Shown here piece after piece: positions 8,994 to 19,323 of a stretch of DNA of 64,000 nucleotides. A program made the translations under genes and the position numbers. The notes below the pieces were generated by a model. It was not told the origin of the DNA and ran no database searches. It saw only the letters and a list, made by a program, of their open reading frames with translations. The number at the start of each line of letters is the position of its first letter. The first letter of the stretch is position 1. The DNA comes from an uncultured Acidobacteriota bacterium (lineage in GTDB: Bacteria > Acidobacteriota > Terriglobia > UBA7540), in contig CAWDSK010000005.1 of the NCBI GenBank assembly GCA_963804995.1, forward strand, positions 224,001 to 288,000, in the 5' to 3' direction.

Positions 8994-10822
8994 AGAAACG
9001 TCGCCGGCTGGCGATTGCCTTGGCCGGTGCGGTCGTCATTGCTGCGGCGGTTCTCGCCTACTGGCTCACGCGCCCCCTTGCGCCCCCGCCCGAACTGAAG
9101 GAGCGACGACTCACCGCGAATCCCAGCGAAAACCCCGTATATCTGGGTGCGATTTCGCCGGATGGGAAATACTTGGCCTACAGCGACCAAATGGGATTGC
9201 ACCTAAAGCTCATTCAGACCGGAGAGGTACTCAACATTCCTCAACCCGAAGGGCGGGCGCCGGACTTCGATAATTGGTGGCCGAATGGATGGTTTCCCGA
9301 CGGCACGAAGTTCATTGCCGCCGGCATACGAGTCCGGAAAGCCCACAAGCGGCTGGGTTATTTCAGTCATGGGCGGACCGCCGCGTAAGCTTCGCGACGA
9401 TGCCGAGCCTTTGGTCCGTCTCGCCGGATGGCAACCTGATTGCCTTCGGAACCGGCAAGGTTCTGTCCGCTATCGCGAGATCTGGCTGATGGGCGCACAG
9501 GGAGAAGAACCACGCAGATTTGTATCCGGTTCTGAAGACGACGGGTTCTTCTGGGCGGCGTGGTCGCCAGATGGCCAGCGAATCGCCTACGCGAGAATTC
9601 ACCGCATGCCTGACAAACTCGAATGTTCCATTGAGAGTCGCGACCTGAAAGGAGGCCAGCCCACTGTCATATTATCCGGCCCGAGATGTGCGACCGACGC
9701 AATTCTTGTGGTTTCCGAGTGGTCGCTTTGTTTACGCTATGGCTGAACCTGAGTCGGGAGGTCGAGCATCGATTCGGCATGAAAGCAATCTTTGGGAAGT
9801 GCGAGTGGATACGAAGACTGGCAAACCTGTAAGCAAACCAAGACGAATCACGAACTGGGCGGAAACCGGGCTACTCGGTATTGGCGGAACCTCGGACGGA
9901 AAGCAGTTGGCCGTTACAAGAAGTACCGTCCAGAGCCATGTTGACATTGGGGAACTGGAAGCCGGAGGTCGCCGTTTGAAGAACCCGCATCGTCTAACGC
10001 TGGAAGAGTCCAGGAATTTTCCCTGCCATTGGATGCCGGATGGCAAAGCCGTCCTTTTTCAATCCAATCGCAACGGTACGTGGGGCATCTATAAACAGGG
10101 GTTGGATCAAACCACAGCCCAGCCGGTCGTCACCGGCCCTGACTATAAGGATTGGGCCGTGGTGAGCCCGGATGGTTCCTGGATTCTGTACTTGTCCAGC
10201 GCAACTGGCGAGGTTAGTCCCGCCACCCCGGTACGTATTATGCGCGTGCCCACCTCGGGTGGAGCACCGCAATTGGTGCTGGAGGGACGAGGCATCGACT
10301 ACTTGGCCTGTGCGCGGTCTCCGGCGGCTTTGTGTGTCTTCAGCGAGCAGAGTCCGGACCACAAACAACTCATCTTCTCGGCCTTCGAGCCGTCGCAAGA
10401 ACAGAGGAGGCGGGAGCTTACCAGGGTTAATCTCAAGCAGCCGGTCGAGAGCAGGATATGGCTGGGACCTATCCCTTGACGGTTCGGACCTCGCATTTGC
10501 ACAGTGGGACAAGCGCGAGGGCCGAATCCAAATCCTGCCGTTGGATGGCGGGGAGGTTCGCGAGGTCAATGTCAGAGGTTGGAATGGCCTCTTCCGCGTG
10601 TTCTGGGCAGCGGACGGCAGGGGCCTGTTTGTCTCATCCAACCCAACTCAAGTGGCCACGCTCCTCTACGTGGATTTGGAAGGTCGCGGTCAAGTAATCT
10701 GGCAGCGGTCCCCTGGTCCTTCGACGAGGCTCGGGGTATCCCCTCCCCAGACGGTCGTTACCTGGCGGTGTCAGTGAATGCAGTCGATAGCAACGTGTGG
10801 TTGCTGGAGAACTTCTGAGAGC

Positions 10823-10859
10823 AGTGACAAGTGACGAGTGACAATTGACAAGTGACGAG
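10823..10859. repeat. Heptamer tandem repeat (GTGACRA-like)
   Basis: gtgacaa gtgacga gtgacaa ttgacaa gtgacga. Confidence 0.8.
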
Positions 10860-11400
10860 CTAGTATTCAACCATCAGCTTTCGCGCGGACGGCTTCGCAG
10901 CGGACCTCGCCGCTCCGACTCGCGCTTCCAGGACCTGCCGCGCCGCATGAATCTCCCACCATAGTGCTCCATTTGCCTGAGCAGGTGATTTCGGTGCGAG
11001 TTGAAATGCCAGGTTAGCGGCGGCATGAACGCGGCGAATTGGGCTGGCCCAAGTCCCCAGCACCCATGATGCTTTAAGTGGCTCATCGGCAAACGGTTGG
11101 TGCGGTTTCTCCGTATTTCTCCCCATAAGTCGCCAAGGGTTTACCGATGATTGGGCAGGGTTAATCCAAGATTCTGCACGGTCTGACCGGGGGCGCCGAA
11201 ACAATCCACTTGGCCGTAGTGCGGCCTATGCTCGGATGTGGCGCCTGGGGGTTCCGGGCGCATGGTCGGCCACTCGGCAGTTGGCCCACGCCAGCGCATA
11301 TTCCTCCTGCCTTGTCGCTAGCCCCGTGTTTTTGACCGCCTAGGTTGCGATTCAATTCAAACCCACTATCGAAAAATCTGTAGAGTCTGATGTAGAGTTT

Positions 11401-11639
11401 CTAGTGTGGTGTCCCGTGTTAGAGTTGACAATGGGTAGAACCCCCTCACCCCCACGACAAGCAGAACGTGGGGCCCCCTTCTGGCCTCGGCTGATGAGAA
11501 CGCCTCGGCCAGCCACCCTCTCCCCAAAGGGGCGAGGGCAAGAAAATTAACTCTCCCCTCGGTCGCCGCGGCGACAGAGGGGCTGGGGGGTGAGGGGGTT
11601 GGACAGCCTTGTCAAATATTAACCGGGACACCACACTAG
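11401..11639. mobile_element. MITE-like element, type B ends (CTAG-bounded), around the palindromic core
   Basis: TIRs CTAGTGTGGTGTCCCG..TTGACAA / TTGTCAA..CGGGACACCACACTAG. Confidence 0.8.
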
Positions 11640-11750
11640 AGGGCAGCCCCCGTCACTGATGTCGTGACCGTGGGTCTTTCTTTTTTGCACGTCGCAAAAG
11701 CTCACGGTCAGGAAATCGCTGGGTGCGGCTGCCCGCTCAGTCGCGGACGG

Positions 11751-11826
11751 GGCAGTGGAGCAGTAGGCAGAAAGCGGAAGGCAGAAAGCAGTAGGCAAAA
11801 GGCAGAAAGCGGAGGGCAGAAAGCAG
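11751..11826. repeat. Heptamer tandem repeat (GCAGWAR-like)
   Basis: About 10 degenerate units such as gcagtag gcagaaa gcggaag. Confidence 0.8.
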
Positions 11827-11902
11827 TTGTCGACCGCACCATGACAGGGCTCACAGACCACGGCCCCCCAGCGCGGGCAACCAGAGGTGCTAAAGAAATA
11901 GC

Positions 11903-12031
11903 CACCACCCCGGCGCCACCGTAACCACCCCGTCGCCTACGGCGCCACCCCTCCTGAATCAGGAGGGGAGTTCCTAAAAACACTCCCCGCCTCAGATGAG
12001 GAGGGGTGGCGCGCCGAGCGCCGGGGTGGTG
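11903..12031. repeat. Palindromic repeat family 2 (CCCCTCCTGAATCAGGAGGGG)
   Basis: Nested hairpins bounded by CACCACCCCGGCG / CGCCGGGGTGGTG; further copies near 36848, 52681, 53060 and 54977. Confidence 0.85.
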
Positions 12032-12152
12032 CTGAAAAGGGGACAAAGGGGTCGTGCTGACAGGAGGTTTCCCTCCTCTATTTTTCCAGCAGGAGTATAA
12101 TGAGCCCGGATAGTGGCCCGGCGAGCCCTCGCATGGTTGGAGGTTTGACTCC

Positions 12153-12335
12153 ATGGCGCGTGTCTTTACCCAGCAGCAGCTTGCAGATTTCCTGTTTGAC
12201 CGCATCATCGTAAATTGCCCTAAATGTCTTGAGACCGGCTGCCTGAAGCTTGCTTGCACACTGGTGGCGGAAGAGCTGATTGAAGAAGCTGACATCGTTC
12301 ACAAGCTCGAACCTGTTTCGGATGGCGGGGCGTGA
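12153..12335 (+). CDS. Small hypothetical protein (60 aa) with CxxC plus two further Cys
   Basis: GGAGG RBS at 12139, TATAAT at 12096, hairpin downstream; protein-like composition. Confidence 0.65.
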   Translation: MARVFTQQQLADFLFDRIIVNCPKCLETGCLKLACTLVAEELIEEADIVHKLEPVSDGGA

Positions 12336-12415
12336 GACGATGATGGCGGTGCAGAACTGAATGTGGAAGGCTACGGGTCGAAGGATGGAAGGTTCACCTC
12401 TTCGACCTTTGGCTA

Positions 12416-13138
12416 TTAACTTTCGACCTTTCCTAATCCCAACCCCGGTTCGGCCTCGGGTTTTTTCCGCATCGACCAGGGTCCCAGCCAAACCAGCGCT
12501 ACGGCGTCGATCAGCCAGTGCGCGAGCATAGAGGGGTAGAGACTCCCGATCTCGACCACGGGATAAGCGAGTAGTGCTCCTAACAATCCTGCGCGGGTCA
12601 TGCCGCTCCAGCCCTGGTAGAAATGCGCCATCCCAAACGCTACCGAGCACACCACCCAAGCCCACGGCACAGAGTGAAACCACACGGTCAGTTGCGTCAG
12701 AAGAAATCCCCGGAAGAGAAACTCTTCGCAAAACGCCGCGGTGGGCGCCAGGATGAGAACCGACCAGACCTTCTCGCGCGTGGTCTCGGGAATCAGCAGG
12801 TAGACGAGTTCCGATTCTGGCGGCAGCCACCCGCGGTGTTCACAAAAAATGACCACGCCGAGTGCCAGAAGCGAGCCGGCAGCGATCGCGGCGGACCATC
12901 GAACCAAGTCGAATAGCGGGATTCTTTGAAAACCCTGCACAAACACCGGGCGCGCGACCAGGAACACCACTCCCAATCCCAGGAAGGTTAGCAGCCATTG
13001 GGAGACAATTGCGGATAGGTAAAGCGCCAAGCGGGGCATTTCCCGGATTTGGCGATTGCGTGCGGTGGAGGCGGAGAGCGCGGGCACTCCCACCACCAGC
13101 AATCCGGTGAAGAGGGCGGCTATGAGTACTCTAAACAT
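12416..13138 (-). CDS. CPBP (CAAX/Abi) family intramembrane metalloprotease
   Basis: EEFLFRG, FGMAHFYQG and AHWLID motifs. Confidence 0.9.
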   Translation of the reverse strand: MFRVLIAALFTGLLVVGVPALSASTARNRQIREMPRLALYLSAIVSQWLLTFLGLGVVFLVARPVFVQGFQRIPLFDLVRWSAAIAAGSLLALGVVIFCEHRGWLPPESELVYLLIPETTREKVWSVLILAPTAAFCEEFLFRGFLLTQLTVWFHSVPWAWVVCSVAFGMAHFYQGWSGMTRAGLLGALLAYPVVEIGSLYPSMLAHWLIDAVALVWLGPWSMRKKPEAEPGLGLGKVES

Positions 13139-13237
13139 GCCTCAGCTCGCAAAGCTGCCAACCCCTAGTGTCCTGAGTCAGAAGTTCACTGACAAAGTCT
13201 CACTGGGTTCAAAGGCGACCCCCTCACCCCCGGCCCC

Positions 13238-14627
13238 CATAGGCGCTAGAATAGCTCATTCGATGCTCCTAGGCGAAGTTGTTGCGCGTGGAGGAGGCGG
13301 TTCATAAGGAGCGAGAGCGGGTGCCGGAATTTTTCTCGATCGTAGATTCGTTTTCGAGGTGCCTCGGTTAAAGCCTGACGCGCCAGGGGCCAGCGATGTT
13401 GTTTAACCCGCAAGGAGAAGGTCCCGTAAATGGCCAGGATCAAATCCAAATGGTGCAGATGCACCCATCGCCACAGGCTAAGCCGCGACGCTCCGGCAGC
13501 GGGGAACTCCCCAGGGGGAAATAGAAACGGCCTCCTCATGCAAACACTGAATCAGGGCCACCTCAATCAACTTGGCCAGACAGTAGGTGCGCACCAAGCC
13601 GGGGTCGAAGGCGCGGAGCTGATCAAAATGCAAGAGGCCTTTGCAGCGTTTAAAGAACAGCTCAATCTGCCAGCGGATGCGGTAGAGTTCCAGGACCACG
13701 TCGTCACTGGCGAGGGCTTCCGGCAAAGTGGTCAGCACACAGAAATAGCCGGCCAGACGCAAGGCGGTGGCCTGCGGGGTGCGGCCTTTTTTGGCGGCAT
13801 TGCGGCGCAAGCGCTGACGGCTGCGGTGGGCTGCTTCGCTGGGCAGAGGGCGAATCAGCAGTCGCACCGGAGCAGGGGCTTTACCCGAAAGGGGGACATA
13901 TGCAACGGTCCCCGTATCTCCAGCGTCCGCCCTTTTCAAGGTCTGGTTCAGATTCAGAGGCTGTCCCTGGGCGTCGTGCAGCCGAATATTCTGCCAATGC
14001 ATGCGCAGCAGAACATAGGCTCCGGCTTCGCTCACCGCATGAATACCTTGGGCGCGCGCCAATCCCCGGTCCCCGCAGACAATGTCCCCCGGCTGCGGGC
14101 GGTCGCGATCCAAGCGCTCGCCGCCCTGGTGGTCGGTAATCTCCACCCGTCGGAGACGACACTGGGCGGGATCATAGACGGCATGCAAACGCCAATCCGT
14201 TCCTTGGCTGCCGGGGATGCTCAGCACGGTGGCGTCGAGGATCCGAAAGGCTGGCCCCGGGGCAGGCTCGGCCCGCAGTCGCTGCGTCAGCAGATGCGCC
14301 AAGACTCGCTCCAGCAGAGGAGGAGCCTTGCGCAAACGATGCAGGATAGAGGTGTCCTTGAGCTCCAGAGCCGCCTGGGCGGACCAAGCCGCCGTGCTCC
14401 GCAAAGAGAGGTCTTCGATGGCATATGCTAGAATAACTCTCAATAACTCCTCACCGCTCTTAAGGTTGCGCCATCGCGCCACGGCTCCACTGCGCTTAGC
14501 CAACTCACTCATATTGGCTGGCAAATACTGGCATAGATACTTCCAGTCGGTATCCATTAGATTCTTGTTCATGCCAGAAGCATACATCAGCAGCAGAATA
14601 AGTCAATTTCTTATTCTAGCGCATATG
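13238..14627 (-). mobile_element. IS4 family insertion sequence, 1390 bp
   Basis: TIR CATAGGCGCTAGAATA vs CATATGCGCTAGAATA (15/16); 11 bp target duplication CCCCCGGCCCC at 13227-13237 and 14628-14638. Confidence 0.9.
13478..14587 (-). CDS. IS4 family DDE transposase
   Basis: ILDAT, GDRG and YRIRWQIELFFK (YREK) motifs. Confidence 0.92.
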   Translation of the reverse strand: MYASGMNKNLMDTDWKYLCQYLPANMSELAKRSGAVARWRNLKSGEELLRVILAYAIEDLSLRSTAAWSAQAALELKDTSILHRLRKAPPLLERVLAHLLTQRLRAEPAPGPAFRILDATVLSIPGSQGTDWRLHAVYDPAQCRLRRVEITDHQGGERLDRDRPQPGDIVCGDRGLARAQGIHAVSEAGAYVLLRMHWQNIRLHDAQGQPLNLNQTLKRADAGDTGTVAYVPLSGKAPAPVRLLIRPLPSEAAHRSRQRLRRNAAKKGRTPQATALRLAGYFCVLTTLPEALASDDVVLELYRIRWQIELFFKRCKGLLHFDQLRAFDPGLVRTYCLAKLIEVALIQCLHEEAVSISPWGVPRCRSVAA

Positions 14628-15096
14628 CCCCCGGCCCCTCTGTCACCGCGGCGACAGAGGGGAGAGTTAATCTGAATTTGTCGCCCTCGCCCCTTTGGGG
14701 GAGAGGGTGGACCGCCACCGGCATTTTCATCAGCCGGGGCGGGACGGGCCTACGCCCTCCGAAGGGATACCTGGGAGCACTAAACAAGTTCAGCTTCGGC
14801 CCGCAGGCGGGTGAGGGGGTTCTCTAATAATCAGCGAACTTCTGACTCAGGACACTAGCGGGTTAATTCCAAAATCATCCGCACTATAAGGATTCCCGGA
14901 GTCAATTGCAAATCCTCTGCTGCCTTTTGCCCTTTGCCGTTGCTTTTCTAGATTCGCCGCGCCGTATTCTCTATTCCATCTCCGCCCTTGGCCGGTCGAT
15001 TTTCCTTCGGGTCTGGGAGCTCCGTATTAGAACCATGGATGAAGAAGGCTCAGACCTGCACCATCGTCAGCGCAATAGATACGCGCCCATAACCGC

Positions 15097-15672
15097 TCAA
15101 CAACGATCCCGCACCGTTTCGATCGAGGCATCCTCGGGACCCATCAACCATTGCAAGCAGTAGCCATCCACCAAGGCGCGGATGGTCGCGGCCGCGTCCT
15201 GGGGATTCACGCGACGAAATTGTTGCTCCTCGATTCCCAGTTCCACGATACCCGCATCGCGCTGGCGGCAGGCCTCAAAAAAGGCGGCAAAGAGGGTTTT
15301 GAAACGTTCCAGGCGCGAACCCAAAGCCACAAAGTCAAACAACACGAGGTAGAGCTTGCGGTTGACCTCCGCACTGTGAAAAAGGACTTCCAGCTCCGAC
15401 ACCAGCTTGCCTCGCGCCGAACTCTGCGCGCGGACAACCTCATCGAGCGTGCGATCCAACTGCCGCAGGAGCCACTCCAGAACTCCGCAAAACAAGTCCT
15501 CTTTCGTGGGGAAGTAGTAAAGTGCTCCACCCTTGCTGGAATTAGCGCGGGCGACCACTGAGTCGAGGGTCGTCCCCTGGATTCCCTTGTCCAAGATTTC
15601 AGCATAGCCGGCCTTCACCAAGGCTTCGCGGCGGCGGTCAGCAAGTTCCGGGTTAGCTTTTCTGGGACTCAT
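15097..15672 (-). CDS. TetR/AcrR family transcriptional regulator
   Basis: KGIQGTTLDSVVARANSSKGGALYYFPTKEDLF HTH; RBS GAGAGGGG before the ATG at 15672. Confidence 0.9.
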   Translation of the reverse strand: MSPRKANPELADRRREALVKAGYAEILDKGIQGTTLDSVVARANSSKGGALYYFPTKEDLFCGVLEWLLRQLDRTLDEVVRAQSSARGKLVSELEVLFHSAEVNRKLYLVLFDFVALGSRLERFKTLFAAFFEACRQRDAGIVELGIEEQQFRRVNPQDAAATIRALVDGYCLQWLMGPEDASIETVRDRC

Positions 15673-15803
15673 ATTACCCCTCTCATTCAAAAGGCGTCTG
15701 GACGGATTATTAATAAACAGACATTTTTGTCAAGATATTTCAGCATGGTCATAAGGCCTTAACTAGCCTGTCACCGTAGGTTCAATCGAATCAAAAGGTT
15801 ATC

Positions 15804-15833
15804 TTGAACGCGCACCCCCCAGAATGGTATTAT
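15804..15833 (+). promoter_or_regulatory. Putative sigma70 promoter of rlmN
   Basis: TTGAAC, 18 nt spacer, TATTAT with extended TG. Confidence 0.45.
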
Positions 15834-15853
15834 GCGGGGTTGTGCGGGCTATT

Positions 15854-16927
15854 ATGGGTCTAGTCATCACAAAGCGCAATCTCCTGGGGTACGACTTGGC
15901 GGAACTGGAGGATTTTGTCACGACCCGTGGCCAGCCTCGCTATCGGGGACGTCAGCTTTACCACGGGATCTACGCGCGGCGCATTCGCGATTTTGCCGGG
16001 CTCACCGACCTTTCGAGCGATTTCCGGGAATCGCTCCAGGCTGATTCACCGATTGTATATCCGCAGGTTCAGCGCGAGTTTCGTTCCCGAGATAAGTCCG
16101 TCCGATACCTGTTTGACTTGGGCGACCACAATTCCGTTGAAACCGTTTACATGCCGGAAGAGCGACGCACCACGCTTTGTCTGTCAAGCCAGGTGGGCTG
16201 CGCACTGGATTGCCGGTTTTGTTTCACCGCGTTGTTGGGGGCCAAGCGCAATCTGACGGCCGGGGAAATCCTTGGCCAAGTGCTGGCGGTGGCTGCGGCG
16301 GAGAGTCTTCCCCGCGCCGGGCGGCTCAACCTGGTTTTCATGGGGATGGGTGAACCTTTGCTCAACCTTCCTCAGGTTCTGAAAGCCGTCAAGATCCTCG
16401 CCGATCCCAAAGGTGTGGGCGTGGCGCTCCGGCGCATCACCATTTCGACCGTAGGGATCATCCCCCGCATCGAGGAGCTGGCGCGCGAGCCCGTGCGCCC
16501 CAAGTTGGCGGTTTCACTGAATGCCTCGCACGATGAGCAGCGCAGCGTCTTGATGCCGATTAACCAGAAATATCCCTTGGCGGATCTGCTGGACGTTTGC
16601 CGCAGCTATCCCTTGCGGCCCTGGGAACGGCTGACGTTTGAATATGTAATGATCGAGGGCTGCAATGATTCCGACGCCGACGCCCGGCGCGTCGCGGACC
16701 TGCTGCAGGACCTGCGCGCCAAGGTTAATCTGATTCCCTATAATTCCGGCCCTGGTCTTCCTTACCGCGCCTCCCCTTTGGAGCGTGTGCTCGCGTTCCA
16801 ACAAATCCTCACCGACCGCCGCATCCCGACGTTCATTCGCATTTCCCGTGGCCAGGACATTCGCGCTGCCTGCGGGCAGCTCAGCCTCGAAGGCTTGGGG
16901 CAAGGCGCCTCTTCTCGCCCGGCTTAG
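15854..16927 (+). CDS. rlmN: Dual-specificity RNA methyltransferase RlmN
   Basis: CLSSQVGCALDCRFC, VFMGMGEPL, VNLIPYN, RGQDIRAACGQL. Confidence 0.95.
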   Translation: MGLVITKRNLLGYDLAELEDFVTTRGQPRYRGRQLYHGIYARRIRDFAGLTDLSSDFRESLQADSPIVYPQVQREFRSRDKSVRYLFDLGDHNSVETVYMPEERRTTLCLSSQVGCALDCRFCFTALLGAKRNLTAGEILGQVLAVAAAESLPRAGRLNLVFMGMGEPLLNLPQVLKAVKILADPKGVGVALRRITISTVGIIPRIEELAREPVRPKLAVSLNASHDEQRSVLMPINQKYPLADLLDVCRSYPLRPWERLTFEYVMIEGCNDSDADARRVADLLQDLRAKVNLIPYNSGPGLPYRASPLERVLAFQQILTDRRIPTFIRISRGQDIRAACGQLSLEGLGQGASSRPA

Positions 16928-16932
16928 TCGTC

Positions 16933-19299
16933 TCAGTCCCTCTTCTTCACCACGCTCAGGGCTTTGAGGATGACGGCATTGTTCGGAATCACCGGCCCAT
17001 AGTTGCTGCTGAAGCCTTGGGGTGCTGCGCCGCGAAAGCCGGTGGTTCCCTTTAAGCGGACTTCCGTGATTACCTTCCCGAGACGCGGGTTCTTCCATTC
17101 GAATGCAAAGAATGTAATGGGATTATCTCGCTGCCCTCCGAGCGGTACTGCGTCGGCGCCGTAGCAATAATCCCACTCCGACCGGCGGCTCGCCCAATTC
17201 CACTCCTGGATATTGACGCCGAAGCGGAGGGCAATGGTTGTGACAAAACCATCTTCGTAGATGACTTCATACCAGCCGAGGAGATCGGCGGTATCGTCCT
17301 GATCCCAGAGCAGTGCCCACCCCGGCCGGGTCGTGGCCGGCCGCGCGGAAGCGTGCAGGAAGATTAGGCTGGTGGCGTCTTCACCGATGGGAATTGCACC
17401 GGATTCCTTCGGCAGTCCCGTCTTTTCCGCACCGTCGGTTCCGACCACGATCGCAACCTTCCCGGCATGCTCGGATAATTCGAACGATACTTTACCGAGC
17501 GTGGCTGTGGCGCTCTCCATGCCGGCCAAGTTGATGCCTAAACCCGGTTCAGCCGGCCCCATATTGAAGGCCGCGGCGATGTGAACTGGAACGATCGACG
17601 CCTCCGTCGCGCTCGGTGGTTCTTCGCCCCGGAACCGCGTTCGAATCTCCGGCATCATGGACTGGATCACGCCGGATAGATCCGGGCCGTAGAGGGCATC
17701 GTCGCGCCAGAGCATATTCGCGCCGCCCAAAAAGTCGGAGAGCTGGTCTTTCCCGAAGCCGATTTCATTGGTCGCGAACCAGACCGAGGGCGCCCCGCCG
17801 ATAATGGAGGAGCGCTTCATGCGGGCCTGCCAGTTCTCCGCGTAGGGATGCAGGTTGCCGAAAACCTGCTGGAATCCCATCTGGTCGAGTTGGGCCTCAA
17901 ACCCTTCGACCTGATCTTCTTTCCAGCCCGTTGGTGAAGTGCCGTCTCCGGTATCGAATGTCGACCAGAACCAATTGAAGATTAGCACGTCTTTCGGGAT
18001 GAGGCGGTTTACCTGCTCCGGAGTCATTCCACCTGCTACCTGATACGTGAACCCGTCCGGGGCCTTCCTGGTGTGCAGACCCTTGCCGCTTACGCCTTCC
18101 AGCAGCCTGTCGCCCCAAATGATCATCGAGACCCCTTTACTGGCCAGGTAATCGTGAATGATCCGGACATCCTCTCCATACCGTTCACCGATGTCCTTGT
18201 CTTTGCACCTGAGGCACAGCCCGACCGGCTGGAACAGTTCGTCGTGTCCGGCATGGACCCATTTCGGCTTGAGCAGGTCGATGTACTCGTCATATACGTC
18301 AAAGAGCAGTTTGTAGCTCGCGGGATTCGAGGGGCAGTACACGCCGGGCCACTTCGTGTCGGGTGTTTCCGACAAATCCGGGTGCGCGGTCATGAGGTAG
18401 TAGCTATGCGTAAAAGATGGCAGCTCCGGAATCAACTCGATGTGATATCTCTTGACCCAGCGCGCTAGGTCGGCGACCTCTTCCTTTTCCAGGTAACCGC
18501 CATCGGCAGTGTCCTGGTGCGTAGAATTCGTGTCCCAATCGTGCGGCGTGCCGGGCGGGGAATGGCGGCGGGAGTAATTGGTATCCTGAGCGAATTTGAC
18601 CCAGCCGGTGTTCAACTCGGGATGTCTGTCAAATCGCATGGACGCATTCATTTCCATGATGAGCGTGTTGTATTTGTATAAGGCCATGAAATCCCGGATG
18701 AAGCGCTTAAAGAAAGGGATGTTATTGCGCCCGGGGGTGTAGAGCTTGATGCCGCGAAACGGCTTGGCCGGCCAATCCCGCACGTTCACCCCTTTGAAGC
18801 GGAGTTGATCCTGCTCGCGTCGAGCGAGCTGCCGCAGGGATTGCATCCCGTAAAAAGCTCCCCGGTCGTCGCTGCCGGCCACGAGCGCGATGTTCCCGCT
18901 GGTTTGGAGAATGTAACCCTCCGGCCCGGGATCGCGCAGGCTCACGGACAGGCTATGACTTCCGCAATACGTCCGCACCAGGGGATTAGCGGTCGTTCCG
19001 ATCACGATCATGCGGCGGCCGGGATCCAGCTTGACCACCCGCTCGGTTTTCAGGTGAACCGCGAATCGATCGCCAAGATCGTCGGCAAGAGACTGGGCCA
19101 GGAACAAGTCTTCCTCTGAAGGAAACGCCGGAATGGCAATCACGGCCTGTTCATTAAGAACGAAATCGCTGCCGGATTGGACGATTTCCCGAGGCGTGGG
19201 GAAGATCAAAGAACGCTCCGCGGCCTCTGCACCGCGGCATACCCCCAAGATTGCTGTAGCGATTAAGAATAATGTTCCAAATCGAGACTTTTGCACCAT
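16933..19299 (-). CDS. Secreted GH20-like beta-N-acetylhexosaminidase
   Basis: Signal peptide; GPEGYIL..GSDDRGAFYGMQSLRQL (GH20b domain); DWPAKPFRG; HAGHDE catalytic motif. Confidence 0.85.
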   Translation of the reverse strand: MVQKSRFGTLFLIATAILGVCRGAEAAERSLIFPTPREIVQSGSDFVLNEQAVIAIPAFPSEEDLFLAQSLADDLGDRFAVHLKTERVVKLDPGRRMIVIGTTANPLVRTYCGSHSLSVSLRDPGPEGYILQTSGNIALVAGSDDRGAFYGMQSLRQLARREQDQLRFKGVNVRDWPAKPFRGIKLYTPGRNNIPFFKRFIRDFMALYKYNTLIMEMNASMRFDRHPELNTGWVKFAQDTNYSRRHSPPGTPHDWDTNSTHQDTADGGYLEKEEVADLARWVKRYHIELIPELPSFTHSYYLMTAHPDLSETPDTKWPGVYCPSNPASYKLLFDVYDEYIDLLKPKWVHAGHDELFQPVGLCLRCKDKDIGERYGEDVRIIHDYLASKGVSMIIWGDRLLEGVSGKGLHTRKAPDGFTYQVAGGMTPEQVNRLIPKDVLIFNWFWSTFDTGDGTSPTGWKEDQVEGFEAQLDQMGFQQVFGNLHPYAENWQARMKRSSIIGGAPSVWFATNEIGFGKDQLSDFLGGANMLWRDDALYGPDLSGVIQSMMPEIRTRFRGEEPPSATEASIVPVHIAAAFNMGPAEPGLGINLAGMESATATLGKVSFELSEHAGKVAIVVGTDGAEKTGLPKESGAIPIGEDATSLIFLHASARPATTRPGWALLWDQDDTADLLGWYEVIYEDGFVTTIALRFGVNIQEWNWASRRSEWDYCYGADAVPLGGQRDNPITFFAFEWKNPRLGKVITEVRLKGTTGFRGAAPQGFSSNYGPVIPNNAVILKALSVVKKRD

Positions 19300-19323
19300 T
19301 CCTCCTTACCAAGCCGTGTTTGC

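Larger units (their letters stand above)
7580..10818 (+). pseudogene. Winged-helix (CadC/OmpR-type) - Ser/Thr kinase - TM - TolB-like beta-propeller protein; intact to ~9325, then about six frameshifts
   Basis: [26 protein letters not shown] w[28 protein letters not shown] and YMSPEQ kinase motifs; TM helix; SPDG propeller repeats spread over ORFs 9274, 9285, 9688, 10172 and 10504, ending SNVWLLENF*. Confidence 0.85.
13165..14858. mobile_element. MITE-like element, type C ends (~293 bp when empty), interrupted by IS4
   Basis: TIRs CTAGTGTCCTGAGTCAGAAGTTC / GAACTTCTGACTCAGGACACTAG enclosing the palindromic core. Confidence 0.8.
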
